A DNA stretch of 64,000 nt from Sedimentisphaerales bacterium (GCA_963708075.1 OY970194.1:1344001-1408000); one strand, 5' to 3'; counted from the stretch's first letter, positions 20,902 to 31,177 are shown. Numbers and translations: made by a program. Notes: a model not told the origin generated them from the letters alone.

Positions 20902-21237
20902 TCAGTAGATGCATGCGTCCAGGACAGAGAGTACCTCGTCCAGCACGGGCTGCGGCGCTTTGGCGATTCGTCTGGCGTTGCGAGCCCGAAAGTCAATGGA
21001 TTTGACTTGCTCTGCCATCACGAAGCCTGAGACCCGCGGGCATCCGGCAACGGCGACATGGAACGGGAATCCGCGTTCCGTGGTTGTGACGGGGCAGACG
21101 ATGGCAAGGCCCGTGTGCCTGTTGAAGAGATAATGGCTGATGACCATGGCCGGCCTGCGGCCTTTCTGTTCGTGGCCGGATTGCGGATCGAACGTCAGGG
21201 CAATCAGATCGCCTCGCTGAGGGATGTACTGAGCCAT
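20902..21237 (-). CDS. mazF: Type II toxin, PemK/MazF endoribonuclease
   Basis: 'YIPQRGD..FDPQSGHEQKGRRPA..CPVT..EQVKSIDF'. Confidence 0.95.
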   Translation of the reverse strand: MAQYIPQRGDLIALTFDPQSGHEQKGRRPAMVISHYLFNRHTGLAIVCPVTTTERGFPFHVAVAGCPRVSGFVMAEQVKSIDFRARNARRIAKAPQPVLDEVLSVLDACIY

Positions 21238-21486
21238 CTACCACACCTCTTTGCCGGCCGGTCGGCCCCAGTCAAACTCCTCAGTTCGATAATCCTTGGG
21301 GATTCGCTTGACAAGCTGCTGAAGGCTGTGTTTACCCCTCGGATGCTTCACGGGGGCCACTACGATCACGCCGTCGCGGACAGCCACGTCCACCTCATCC
21401 CCGACGGAAATCTGTGCGTCATCCAGTAGTTGCTTGCTCAAACGCAGCCCCTGGCTGTTTCCCCATTTCTGTACTTTCGTTACCAT
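21238..21486 (-). CDS. mazE: AbrB/MazE antitoxin
   Basis: 'VQKWGNSQGLRL', C-terminal 'DWGRPAGKEVW'. Confidence 0.95.
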   Translation of the reverse strand: MVTKVQKWGNSQGLRLSKQLLDDAQISVGDEVDVAVRDGVIVVAPVKHPRGKHSLQQLVKRIPKDYRTEEFDWGRPAGKEVW

Positions 21487-21505
21487 ATATGATTCTCCAA
21501 ATGGA

Positions 21506-21541
21506 TATACGAAGTATAGCCCACAGATTCACTCGCGTCAA
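21506..21541 (-). promoter_or_regulatory. mazEF promoter with overlapping palindromic operator
   Basis: TTGACG-N17-TATACT; palindrome TATAC-gaa-GTATA (21506-21518) over the -10. Confidence 0.7.
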
Positions 21542-21579
21542 CCCTGGCGCGGTTGCCCAGTGGAGAAGGCAAGGGAACT

Positions 21580-22392
21580 CTATGGATCGGATGCGCAACT
21601 CGGCGGACCGGGTTCGATTCGGCCGCCGTAGACTTCGATCAGACACCGGCGGAACACACGGTCGAGATCGTCCGTGGAGGTGCGTGTCGCCGGAGGCGTG
21701 GGCTTTTCCGAAAGACGGGCAAGCTCACGCTCCAGGAAATCGGAGATGATCGGGATCCGCGGCCCGCGGGCCAGCTCGTCGCCATCCTTCTTTCGTCGGA
21801 CCATGTCCTGAACCGCTGTCTTCAATTCGCCATCATCAAGAATACGATCGATCAGTGCGTCGAACTTCATGGGTACTACGCCATAGTCCCTCTCGATCCA
21901 CAGGCATGCGAGCACCGGCCGCAGGACGTACAGGTACTTCTTGAGCCAGACTACATCACCCTGCAGGTACTCGCGATTGTTGCCCTGGGCCATGTGCAGA
22001 TAGTGATAGTGGCACGTAGCGGGCTGGTAGTACTGGGGCATCAACTCGCGAATCCACGCTGTGATGTCTTGCCGCTCCCGGTATACAATGGGCGACTGGA
22101 GCCACTCCAGCAGCGGCGGATTCGAACTGCGGAGCAACTGCAACGCCTTTCGGAGGTCCCAGCCGGAGATGTCCAATACTTCGTCCGCTGGCGGCTCGAT
22201 CACGTCTCGTCCGAGCATGACGCGTAGATACCATTGTGTTGGCTGAACATAGATGAACCGAACGTCGAAATCGCTGTCCTGTGATTCGAATCCCCATGCC
22301 CGGCTGCCCGACTCGCACGCGTAGAGGATACAAACGTTCTGGTCTCGTTCGATTCGTCCCAACTCCACTCGGATTTGTTCCGTTGGCGTCAT
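21580..22392 (-). CDS. Nucleotidyltransferase (YcgL/RlaP-like, pol-beta superfamily)
   Basis: 'ESGSRAWGFESQDSDFDVRF', 'WDLRKAL..SNPPLLEWLQSP', 'KKYLYVLRP'. Confidence 0.9.
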   Translation of the reverse strand: MTPTEQIRVELGRIERDQNVCILYACESGSRAWGFESQDSDFDVRFIYVQPTQWYLRVMLGRDVIEPPADEVLDISGWDLRKALQLLRSSNPPLLEWLQSPIVYRERQDITAWIRELMPQYYQPATCHYHYLHMAQGNNREYLQGDVVWLKKYLYVLRPVLACLWIERDYGVVPMKFDALIDRILDDGELKTAVQDMVRRKKDGDELARGPRIPIISDFLERELARLSEKPTPPATRTSTDDLDRVFRRCLIEVYGGRIEPGPPSCASDP

Positions 22393-22441
22393 TTAACAGC
22401 ATTCCCAAGGAACCAATGTCCTATGCACATGGGGTCGCAGC

Positions 22442-23269
22442 CTACAGCGGCAGGTCGCGGCGGCGCCAGATGAGGGCGCCGACGACGGCCGTGGATAGAA
22501 GAATCACTGTCAGCCAGACCATATTGCGGACGGGCCATTCGTACATCAGGTTGGAGTAATAGATGAAGTAGAACAATGTGGCCCGGTGGAGGAAGCGGAT
22601 CGAAGGCAACCACTCGGAGACGAGGGACACGAAGTAGTTGAGCGTGAGGAAGGCGACCGCGGCGCCCAGGGCCGAATACAGCCGGGAGAATGTTGCCGCA
22701 CAGAGCAGGGCGAACGCGCCGAAAGAGCTGGCGAGCAGTCCGCCGTTGATGGCGATGCGAAAGAATAAATCGAGAGGGATGGGCTGGTCGAAACGGTAGA
22801 TGCGCACGGCGACGGCGGTCCCGAGGAACATTGTCAGGACGAGGGCGAACATGCCGGCGAGCGTCAGGACACACGCGCAGAGATAGACCTGCGTTTTCGT
22901 TACGGGTCGGCTGAGGATCAGCTCCATGGTCCCTTTCTGCACCTCGCCGGTGAGCAGGCCCGTAGGCACGCCGACGGCAAAGAGCATACAGAGAAACATG
23001 ACGAATGGATGCTGGTAGCCGATGGTGAGCAGTGCGGCCGTGTTGCCGGCCTGCAGCATGTCGCCGCCGAGGGCGGTCTTGACAATCGACGGGAGCATGT
23101 CGAGGAATGCGAGGAAGGCCCGGACGTTTGCATTGTCGTGCACGATGGCGCTGACGGCAATCTGCATCAGAAAAATCAGCAAGGCGATCCCGAGCCAGAC
23201 AGGCAGGATGCGCAGGAACCAGAATCGCAGCAGGGCAAACGGGAATGGCGGCCGGGATGTATGGCTCAT
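22442..23269 (-). CDS. ABC-2 type transporter permease
   Basis: 'GEVQKGTMELILSRPV', C-terminal 'RRDLPL'. Confidence 0.85.
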   Translation of the reverse strand: MSHTSRPPFPFALLRFWFLRILPVWLGIALLIFLMQIAVSAIVHDNANVRAFLAFLDMLPSIVKTALGGDMLQAGNTAALLTIGYQHPFVMFLCMLFAVGVPTGLLTGEVQKGTMELILSRPVTKTQVYLCACVLTLAGMFALVLTMFLGTAVAVRIYRFDQPIPLDLFFRIAINGGLLASSFGAFALLCAATFSRLYSALGAAVAFLTLNYFVSLVSEWLPSIRFLHRATLFYFIYYSNLMYEWPVRNMVWLTVILLSTAVVGALIWRRRDLPL

Positions 23270-24207
23270 GGGCGCGTCCCCTCACGAGTCTTCAGCGAGT
23301 TGCCTGCAGCGGTGCCTGGCGGCTGATAGTACTGAATGAAAGCCTCCTCCAGAGATGTCTGCGGCGTAGTGATGCGGTCGATGGGAAACTGTGCGACCCA
23401 TTTCAGGATGGCATCGGATGTGCCCTGATAGGCAAGGTGGAGCATGTGGGCCTGTCGCTCGACAATGCGCACGCCCGGCAGCCGATCCAACGGCACCTCC
23501 GGAACCGGCGTGCCGTCCATGAACCAGACCTTCAGGCGGTATTCGCTCTCCCGGGTGATCTCGGAGATGGGCGCAACTTTCACGAGGCGACCCTCGCGCA
23601 GGATCGCCGCACGATTGCACATGGCGGATACCTCGCTCAGATCGTGCGATGACAAAAGCACGGCGGCGCCGGCCTCGGCGGCTTCGCGGATCAGGTCCAG
23701 CACGACCTGGCGTACGAGCGGGTCCAGGCCGGCGGTGGGCTCATCGAGCACCAGCACCTCCGGCCGGTGCTGAAAGGCATAGATGACCGCGACCTTTTGA
23801 CGATTCCCCTTGGAAAGGTCGCCTACGGGACGATTCAGATTCAGGCCCAGTCGCTCCGCCAACTCCTCGCGCCGAGCCTGCAGATCGTCGCTGCCGCCGA
23901 GTGCGGCAAGGGTATGCAGCAGGTAGCGTGCGCTGGGCCATCGCCAGATGCGAAACTCGCCCGGCAGATAGCCAATCCGCGCATGCTGGGTGGCTCGACC
24001 CGGCGCGACTCGCGTTCCGAGCACGCAGACGTGGCCGCCGCTCGGCCGCAGCAGGCCCATGATGCATCGAATCGTCGTGGTCTTGCCCGATCCGTTGGGG
24101 CCGAGATATCCAAACACTTCCCCGCGTTCGATGGCGAAGGTCACGTCCTCGACGCCGCGGCTCCGGCCGTACCATTTCGTCAACGAATTGATTTCAAGTG
24201 GCTTCAT
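23266..24207 (-). CDS. ABC transporter ATP-binding protein
   Basis: GPNGSGKT, LSKGNRQK, VLDEPTAGLD. Confidence 0.95.
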   Translation of the reverse strand: MKPLEINSLTKWYGRSRGVEDVTFAIERGEVFGYLGPNGSGKTTTIRCIMGLLRPSGGHVCVLGTRVAPGRATQHARIGYLPGEFRIWRWPSARYLLHTLAALGGSDDLQARREELAERLGLNLNRPVGDLSKGNRQKVAVIYAFQHRPEVLVLDEPTAGLDPLVRQVVLDLIREAAEAGAAVLLSSHDLSEVSAMCNRAAILREGRLVKVAPISEITRESEYRLKVWFMDGTPVPEVPLDRLPGVRIVERQAHMLHLAYQGTSDAILKWVAQFPIDRITTPQTSLEEAFIQYYQPPGTAAGNSLKTREGTRP

Positions 24208-24219
24208 CCCGCTCGTTGC

Positions 24220-24384
24220 TTACTCGCTCACCTCCGCTTGCGATGTCTGGGGCCCCATGAGCCGGTAGATAATCGCATCGTGCAGGTCCGGCTCGCCCCA
24301 GAAGTAGATGACTAACAGGAAGATTCCCAGAATCAACATGCCACCAGCGTAATCGACTTTCAGGTTCGTCTGTGTTTCCGCCAT
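24220..24384 (-). CDS. 54-aa single-TM protein absent from the ORF track
   Basis: GAGG RBS; MAETQTNLKVDYAGGMLILGIFLLVIYFWGEPDLHDAIIYRLMGPQTSQAEVSE. Confidence 0.65.
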   Translation of the reverse strand: MAETQTNLKVDYAGGMLILGIFLLVIYFWGEPDLHDAIIYRLMGPQTSQAEVSE

Positions 24385-24484
24385 AACGGTCCCTCGTCAA
24401 TATCATGCCAATCCGCAATTGCATACGGCAGCTTTCCATCGGATCATACCGCCAAAGGATGACACCGGCAATATGCATGGCCGA

Positions 24485-25273
24485 CTATGATGGATTGCTC
24501 TCAGCCGGCGGCGGGCGGCGTCCCATTTGATAAATCTGGAGACCGAGAACGACGAGGGCAACATCGGCAGCGACGAGGCAAAGGACCTGTGTGAGCGACA
24601 GCAGGCCAAAATAGAGATACCCTTCCGTATCGCCACGCAGAAAGTCGGTGAGACTCCTGCCCAGTCCATAGATGGCGAGGAACCACAGCAGCTTTGTCCC
24701 GCGCCATCGCTCTGACCTGAGCATCGCGAAAACAAGCAGGATGATTAGCATGATGCCGATTTCGTAGAGTTGCGTCGGGTGGAGGGGCACGCCTGCCGGT
24801 GCGCCGCGAGCGGCCTCGGGAAACGTGATGGCCCAGGGCAATGAGCAGGGCTTGCCATAACAGTCGCCGTTAAGCAGACAGCCCAGCTTGGCGGCGATCC
24901 ACGGGACAGGAATTGACAACCCGACAAGATCCAGCGCCGCCCGCCTGTCTTGAGCGAGCAACAGCACTGCCGGGACAGCCAGCGCCCAATACGCCAGCAG
25001 CCCGCCCCAGAGCCCTCCGTGCAGGTAGTGCTCCGCCTGGAACAGCGCCGTCACATCCAGCGGGCCATGGCGAAGATCGAAGAGCAGTTTCGCGCCGAGG
25101 ACCATACCGACGAAGTAACACATGCTCGCGGTGATCCATACTCGCCGCTTGAGCCCGTACCTCCTCGCAACTCGCCAGCTCACCAGAAAGTGCAGGATAA
25201 TCCCGGCAAAGTACATGATCCCGTACGTCGGCATCGGTCCAATCCATGGCCACATAGGTGTCTCTCCAGTCAA
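24485..25273 (-). CDS. Prolipoprotein diacylglyceryl transferase family protein (divergent)
   Basis: 'KLGCLLNGDCYGKP..LPWAITFP', 'LHPTQLYE'. Confidence 0.85.
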   Translation of the reverse strand: MTGETPMWPWIGPMPTYGIMYFAGIILHFLVSWRVARRYGLKRRVWITASMCYFVGMVLGAKLLFDLRHGPLDVTALFQAEHYLHGGLWGGLLAYWALAVPAVLLLAQDRRAALDLVGLSIPVPWIAAKLGCLLNGDCYGKPCSLPWAITFPEAARGAPAGVPLHPTQLYEIGIMLIILLVFAMLRSERWRGTKLLWFLAIYGLGRSLTDFLRGDTEGYLYFGLLSLTQVLCLVAADVALVVLGLQIYQMGRRPPPAESNPS

Positions 25274-27207
25274 CCGAGCAACTGGCGGGCCCGATCCAAA
25301 AGGGGCTTCGGATAGCCTTCCTGCTCCAGGATCCGCAGGGCTGTCTTCGTGCCGGCCGGACCCGGGCGCAGGCGGTAGTCGAACGCTATGCCGTGCTCGT
25401 GCAGATGCTCCTGGAAATGATAGTTCTCGGCGGAAGCCGTTGTTGCAGCCGCCTGGGCCAATGTCTCCTCGTGCGTTGCGATGAGGAACAGATGGCCGGA
25501 GGCCGCCAGGTGCTCGAACAAGGCGATGTCGGCGGCTGTCCTCTCCTGGGAGTTTGTGCCCCGGAAGGGCTCGTCGATCAATCCGAGGATGGGCGTGGAG
25601 TCTCCCGCATCCAGAACTATGCGGCGGAGCCGGCGGACCTCGGAAAGAAAATAGCTCTCGTGTCTAGCCAGATTGTCGCTGACCCTGACATCCGTCATCA
25701 GGCGCACGGGAGACCAGGCCATTTCCCGAGCGGGCACCGCCGCGCCGGCTTGGGCCAGCAGTGCGTTGACTCCTACCATGCGCAAGAACGTGCTCTTACC
25801 CGCAGCGTTCGGCCCCGTGATGACCCATGTCCTCTTGTCCGCGGTCAGGTGCACGTTGTTGGCCGTTGCATCCTGTTCCAGGATAAGCGGGTGCCGCCCA
25901 TCCGCAATAGTGATGCCTGTGTCGGTCCCGGGGCATGGATAGCAGGCCACCGGCTGCTCCGCAGAAACACAAGCCAGACTGCACAATGCCTCCAGTTCGG
26001 CCATGGCCGAAAGACCCTGGAGGAGCGTATCCCGATTGGGCACCACGCGAGCCAGCACGGCTTCGGCGATGTGCAGGTCCAGGAAGACCGTCACATTGAG
26101 GATGCTGCGCACCGTGCCGTGCAGGCCTGCCCACTCCAGCCACGCACAGAGCGATGGGATTCGGCCGTGCGCGACAACATCATGGAAACGCTCCTTCAGC
26201 ACGCTCAGGGCGGTCTCACTGGGCAACTCCTGCTGCGCATGCTCTGCGATTGCGAGAAAATGTCTCAGTGTGGGTGCCAGGTCGGTCCAAGGGGATACGG
26301 AGGCTCTCAGGTGGCTGAACATGCGTCCGCGGGCAAACAGAACCAGGCCGTTGAAGGCCAGAACGGCGACAAGCACCCGCACCCACTCAAAGTCACCTGC
26401 GACGATGCGGCTGACGGCGTGGATCACCAACAGGCCGCTGAATACAGACCATAGCCTGATGCCTGCAGATACAACTGATCGCGATGGGCTCTCGGTCTTG
26501 TGGAGCAGATGGACGAGCTTGTCCACGTGTCTCGATCCCGTACGCAGCAGCAGGAGGGAAGCCATCATGCGAAGCCGCTGCTCATGGTGTTCATCGAGCC
26601 AGCGGACGGCCTGTTGGCGCTGCTGGATGTGCTCACAAGATAGACACGGGCGGTCCAGCATGTCGCGCAGCCGGCGTGCCCCAAGCTCTGTCGAAGCCCG
26701 GTTCAGCAGTCCGAAAATGCCCACCGGCGGTCCATACAGATCGAGATCATCACGTTCCTGATCCGTGAGTGACCACTCAGGCCCGGATTCAAGGACCGCC
26801 GGCAAAGCTACGGATGTCCCGGCCGGGTCCTCGGGACGCTGCCAGGTGCGGACGGGATGGTCCCGCTGAGCGCTTGCATCGAGGGATTCCGTGATGATAG
26901 TCAGTGCACGCTCCGCGAACGCGCGTTTGTCCTGCCAGCCGGCATGTCGCAGCACCGCCGCAGCGAAGCCCGCAAGGCCGACGATGCCGGCGGCGATCGC
27001 AAGCGGCAGCTCATGCCGTAACAGAACCACGACGGCCGCGCCCGCCGCAAAGGCCAGCAACCGAATCCAGGACCATCGCGTCTCAAGGGCATGGTATCTG
27101 GCATGCTCCGGCTCAAGTTGCCGTCGACGGCCAGTCAGCCAGTCGCGGCAGAAAGAACCGGGAGGGGAGTCCCGGCCCACCTTTCCTCTGTCATTCTCCT
27201 GTGCCAT
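25270..27207 (-). CDS. Membrane-associated MutS-related ATPase (domain V)
   Basis: 'ITGPNAAGKSTFLR', 'SYFLSEVRR', 'IDEPFRGTNSQER', 'IATH'; N-terminal TM helices. Confidence 0.9.
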   Translation of the reverse strand: MAQENDRGKVGRDSPPGSFCRDWLTGRRRQLEPEHARYHALETRWSWIRLLAFAAGAAVVVLLRHELPLAIAAGIVGLAGFAAAVLRHAGWQDKRAFAERALTIITESLDASAQRDHPVRTWQRPEDPAGTSVALPAVLESGPEWSLTDQERDDLDLYGPPVGIFGLLNRASTELGARRLRDMLDRPCLSCEHIQQRQQAVRWLDEHHEQRLRMMASLLLLRTGSRHVDKLVHLLHKTESPSRSVVSAGIRLWSVFSGLLVIHAVSRIVAGDFEWVRVLVAVLAFNGLVLFARGRMFSHLRASVSPWTDLAPTLRHFLAIAEHAQQELPSETALSVLKERFHDVVAHGRIPSLCAWLEWAGLHGTVRSILNVTVFLDLHIAEAVLARVVPNRDTLLQGLSAMAELEALCSLACVSAEQPVACYPCPGTDTGITIADGRHPLILEQDATANNVHLTADKRTWVITGPNAAGKSTFLRMVGVNALLAQAGAAVPAREMAWSPVRLMTDVRVSDNLARHESYFLSEVRRLRRIVLDAGDSTPILGLIDEPFRGTNSQERTAADIALFEHLAASGHLFLIATHEETLAQAAATTASAENYHFQEHLHEHGIAFDYRLRPGPAGTKTALRILEQEGYPKPLLDRARQLLG

Positions 27208-27362
27208 GGGACTCGTATATACACGGCCTGGAATGCTTCTGTCAATCGAGGGCATGGCGGCGAGATTGGGGGACAATGAGGAAAAGGCCATATCGACCTG
27301 GGGTTTACCGCCATGTGGAAGGCTGGACGTGGATCATGTTGACAGCTTCTTTCCGCCTGCGG

Positions 27363-27392
27363 TTGACACGCGGTTTGCCGGTGGTGTATAGT
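27363..27392 (+). promoter_or_regulatory. sigma70-type promoter of the phosphomannomutase gene
   Basis: TTGACA-N18-TATAGT. Confidence 0.6.
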
Positions 27393-27503
27393 ACCTTGTC
27401 TAAGGCACAAATATGATGGACAGGGTGCCATGCTCATCCGGGCAGCGGGCAGACCCGCACGAGCAAAAGCAGGCGACCCGCAGGACCAAAGGAGTGAGTT
27501 CGT

Positions 27504-28874
27504 ATGAATCCGGAGATCTTCAAGGCCTATGACATCAGGGGCGTTTACCCTGATGAGGTGAACGAAGAAGATGCGTGGAAGATTGGCTGTGCGGCGGGGC
27601 GGTATCTGCCCTCGCTGATCAAGGGCTACGAGCGGGGCAAGCCGCAGTCGCAGCAGGTGTGTGTCGGCCGGGACATGAGGACGCATAGCGAGCCGCTAGC
27701 GCAGGCCCTCACGGACGGGATCCGCTCCACGGGGACCGGCGTGATCGACATCGGGATGATCGACACGCCGCAGATGTACTTTGCCATCAATCATCTCGGG
27801 ACATGCGGAGGCATCCAGGTCACCGCCTCCCACAATCCCGCCAAGTACAACGGCTTCAAGATCTCCGGCAAGGGAGCCCTTCCTATCGGTATCGATACGG
27901 GGCTGGTCGAGATCAAGCACCTGGCGACGGCCCTGCTCCATACCAAGGGCAGGCTCACCGGCTCCCTCAAGACGCACGATCTGACCGACGCATACAGGAA
28001 GCATGTACTGCAGTTCCTCCAGAGCGATTTGAAGAAGAAGAAGGTGGCGATCGATGCCTCCAACGGCATGGCGGGCAAGATGATCCCTCTGCTCTTCGGC
28101 GATGTCCCCATCGAGATCGTGGACATCAACTTCGAGCACACGGGCAAGTTCAAGCACGACCCCGACCCGCTGAAGGATAAAAGCCTGAATCAGGTCAGAG
28201 CGACGGTCAAAAAGGATGCTTGCGATTTCGGGGTCTGCTTCGATGGTGACGCCGACCGGATGATCATGGTCGATGAGAACGGGGACACGATCAGTTGCGA
28301 TCTGCTGACGGCGTTCCTTGCGCCGTACTTCCTGCGGAAAAAGCCGAAGTCCGCCATCGTGTACGACGTGCGGAGCAGCCGCGTCGTGATGGAGGAAATC
28401 ATCAAGTATGGCGGAACGCCTCGGCGCGAGCGCGTCGGGCATGCCTATATGAAGAAGGCAATGCGCGACACGCACGCGGTCTTCGGCGGAGAACTGTCCG
28501 GCCACTTCTATTATGAGGAGAACTTCTACGCCGATTCGGCCGTGATCACGCTGGTGCACACGCTGAACGTCATCAGCGAAAAGGATAAGCCGATGAGCGA
28601 GCAGATCCAGCCGCTGAGGCGATATCACAGCAGCGGCGAGATCAACTTCCGCGTGGAGGATAAGCAGGCGAAGATGGAGGAGCTGACCCGTCGTTACGGC
28701 GATGGACAGATCGATCATCTCGACGGCGTGACCGTCGGCTTCAAGGACTGGTGGTTCAACTGCCGGCCGAGTAATACCGAGCCGCTGCTGCGCCTGAACA
28801 TCGAGGCCAAGACGAAGGAGTTGCTGGACGAGAAGTTGGCGGAGATCGAGGGCCAGCTTGGGACGCGCCAGTAG
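27504..28874 (+). CDS. Phosphomannomutase/phosphoglucomutase
   Basis: 'FKAYDIRG', 'TASHNP', 'FDGDADR', 'GGELSGH', 'RPSNTEP'. Confidence 0.95.
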   Translation: MNPEIFKAYDIRGVYPDEVNEEDAWKIGCAAGRYLPSLIKGYERGKPQSQQVCVGRDMRTHSEPLAQALTDGIRSTGTGVIDIGMIDTPQMYFAINHLGTCGGIQVTASHNPAKYNGFKISGKGALPIGIDTGLVEIKHLATALLHTKGRLTGSLKTHDLTDAYRKHVLQFLQSDLKKKKVAIDASNGMAGKMIPLLFGDVPIEIVDINFEHTGKFKHDPDPLKDKSLNQVRATVKKDACDFGVCFDGDADRMIMVDENGDTISCDLLTAFLAPYFLRKKPKSAIVYDVRSSRVVMEEIIKYGGTPRRERVGHAYMKKAMRDTHAVFGGELSGHFYYEENFYADSAVITLVHTLNVISEKDKPMSEQIQPLRRYHSSGEINFRVEDKQAKMEELTRRYGDGQIDHLDGVTVGFKDWWFNCRPSNTEPLLRLNIEAKTKELLDEKLAEIEGQLGTRQ

Positions 28875-28911
28875 CTAAACAAGAGTATATGCACAGGAAA
28901 TAGTGAAAGTA

Positions 28912-29220
28912 ATGGAAACGTTCACGAAGATGTTTCTCACGAAGAATGGGCCTGTGGAAGGCATACAGACGAAATGGCCCGGGTTCAGCATCCTGGTGGT
29001 GACCGGGTCGAAGGGCTTCCTGGCATGTCCCGCGATCGATGTGGAGGCCTGCCAGCGGTACGGCGTGGCGGCCGCCCTCGTGGAGAGCACGCCGCAGAAC
29101 CCCATCGGGACGCTGGACCGGTTCCCGAATCGCAAGGTCACGAAAGTGAATGAGAAGGCCAAAGCCCTCGGCATCCACGAAGGCATGGACGCCACCGAGG
29201 CATTTACGCTGATTGCCTGA
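28912..29220 (+). CDS. YunC/DUF1805 family protein
   Basis: 'KGFLAC', 'VNEKAKALGIHEGM'. Confidence 0.75.
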   Translation: METFTKMFLTKNGPVEGIQTKWPGFSILVVTGSKGFLACPAIDVEACQRYGVAAALVESTPQNPIGTLDRFPNRKVTKVNEKAKALGIHEGMDATEAFTLIA

Positions 29221-29347
29221 GGCATCAGAGGCCCGCCACGGACCATGGAGGGGACGATACGTGCGGGCATGAGGTCACTGGACCTCCCGGACGGGCTTTG
29301 GCCTTTTCCTTTGAATATGATTGTTGATGCTCTGTGAGGAACTGCTG

Positions 29348-30316
29348 ATGATGAACGATGCTCTTTCCCGCCGACGTTTCATGACGGTCTCGGCCGCCGG
29401 GCTCGGAGCCACTCTGGTGGCCCGAGGTCATGCGACTGCTGCAAATCCCCAACCCTCCGGCGAACGGGGAACGCACCCCTTCAAATACTCCCTGAATACA
29501 AGTACGATTCGCGGCCAGAAGCTGGGCCTGGAAAAGGAGATCGACGTGGCCGCCCAGGCGGGCTACCAGGCCATCGAGCTGTGGGTCAGCACGATCCAGG
29601 AGTATGTCAAGAGCGGCGGGAAACCGGCGGACGCACGGAAACGCATCGAGGATCGCGGCCTGACGTTGGAGAACGCGATTTCTTTCAGCCGCTGGATCGT
29701 CGATGACGATGCGGCGCGGGCTGAGGCCGTCGAGCAGGTCAAGCGGGAGATGGACTTGCTTGCCCAGATCGGCGGTAAGCGCATCGCTGCTCCGCCGGCC
29801 GGCGCGACGGACAAGCCGGGCCTGGACTTGCTGAAGGCGGCCGAGCGATACCGGGCGATTCTGGACCTCGGCGACAAGATGGGCATTGTGCCGATCCTGG
29901 AATTGTGGGGCGGCTCCAAGAACCTGCACCGGATCGGGCAGTGCATGTTCGTGGTGATCGAGAGTGGCCATTCGAAGGCGTGCATGCTTGGTGACGTGTA
30001 CCACATCTACAAAGGCGGGTCCGACTTCGCGGGCCTGAAAATGATCAGTCCGCAGGCGATGCCTGTCATGCACATGAATGATTACCCCGCTGAGCCGCCG
30101 CGGGAGAAGATCGGCGACCGCGATCGCGTGATGCCCGGCGACGGGATCGCTCCGCTGACGCAGATTCTCCGCGGCCTGCGCGACAACGGCAGCCGGGCGG
30201 TCCTCTCGCTGGAGTTGTTCAGCCCGGCGTACTGGGAGAAGGACCCGCTGGAAGTGGCTAAGACCGGCCTGACCAAAATGAAGTCGGCGGTAGACAAAGC
30301 GCTTAGCCCGGCGTAG
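29348..30316 (+). CDS. Sugar-phosphate isomerase/epimerase (TIM barrel) with Tat signal
   Basis: 'SRRRFM' leader; 'LELWG', 'DVYH', 'HMND', 'SLELF'. Confidence 0.9.
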   Translation: MMNDALSRRRFMTVSAAGLGATLVARGHATAANPQPSGERGTHPFKYSLNTSTIRGQKLGLEKEIDVAAQAGYQAIELWVSTIQEYVKSGGKPADARKRIEDRGLTLENAISFSRWIVDDDAARAEAVEQVKREMDLLAQIGGKRIAAPPAGATDKPGLDLLKAAERYRAILDLGDKMGIVPILELWGGSKNLHRIGQCMFVVIESGHSKACMLGDVYHIYKGGSDFAGLKMISPQAMPVMHMNDYPAEPPREKIGDRDRVMPGDGIAPLTQILRGLRDNGSRAVLSLELFSPAYWEKDPLEVAKTGLTKMKSAVDKALSPA

Positions 30317-30389
30317 GGTGTCCGTCGGCCCTGTGAGGGTGGAGACCGTGGGTCCATATTTATGACGGGTGCAAGTGAAGGGAGGGAAC

Positions 30390-31154
30390 ATGGCAATCCA
30401 TGTGTGCTTCACGGCCGCAGCGATCTTCCTCGGGGCCGCTATCGGTGGTGCCACGGATGTGTTGCCGCGGGACGGGACCTCGCTCATCGCCACTCATGAG
30501 GCGCTGGCCGGCGTGGAGAAGCTCAGCATCGCCCTGGCCACGCAGGAGACCCCGCAAGTGGAGAAGCTGGTCGATATTCCAAAGCTGCGGGCACAACTCG
30601 TCGCGAAACTCAAGGAGGCCGGCATCAAACCCATGGAAGGTGAAGCCGGGGCATGCCCGCGTCTGGTTGTGCAGATCGAGGGCGTGATGGTGCCGGACTG
30701 TGACAAGTGCATCTGCCGTGTGCAGACCTCAATGAACAGAGTTGTGACGTTTACCGCTCATCGGGACCTGCAGGTTGAGGCCGAGGTCTGGCGCCTGAGG
30801 CCAACAATGAAGGTGGTGGCCGGGAATGAAGCAGGCAAGATGATTACGGACGCTGTTTTCGCGCAGGTTGAGGCGTTCATCGACGCGTATGAGTCCGCCC
30901 CCATGCAGGCTCGCGTGACGGCGGCCGAGCCGAATACGCCGGGATCAGGGAGTCCCAACCCAGCGAAGTCAAGTCCGCAGAATCTCCAGGCCGTCTCGCA
31001 ATTTCCCTTTGTGGCGTCCAAGAGCGCATCCGTCTTTCACCGGCCGGACTGCCGCTGGGCCCAGAACATCTCCGGGGACAACCGCCTCGGCTACAAAACC
31101 CGGGAGGAGGCTATCCAGGCGGGCAAGCGGCCGTGCAAGTCCTGCCAGCCATAG
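30390..31154 (+). CDS. Exported protein with C-terminal Ada-type metal-binding domain
   Basis: 'FVASK..VFHRPDC..A..GKRPCKSCQP'. Confidence 0.8.
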   Translation: MAIHVCFTAAAIFLGAAIGGATDVLPRDGTSLIATHEALAGVEKLSIALATQETPQVEKLVDIPKLRAQLVAKLKEAGIKPMEGEAGACPRLVVQIEGVMVPDCDKCICRVQTSMNRVVTFTAHRDLQVEAEVWRLRPTMKVVAGNEAGKMITDAVFAQVEAFIDAYESAPMQARVTAAEPNTPGSGSPNPAKSSPQNLQAVSQFPFVASKSASVFHRPDCRWAQNISGDNRLGYKTREEAIQAGKRPCKSCQP

Positions 31155-31177
31155 GCCCAATCGAGAAGGATGGAAAA

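Noticed and set aside
24194..24478. 94-aa ORF from the track
   Set aside because: An alternative frame (24220-24384) has an RBS and a clear TM helix
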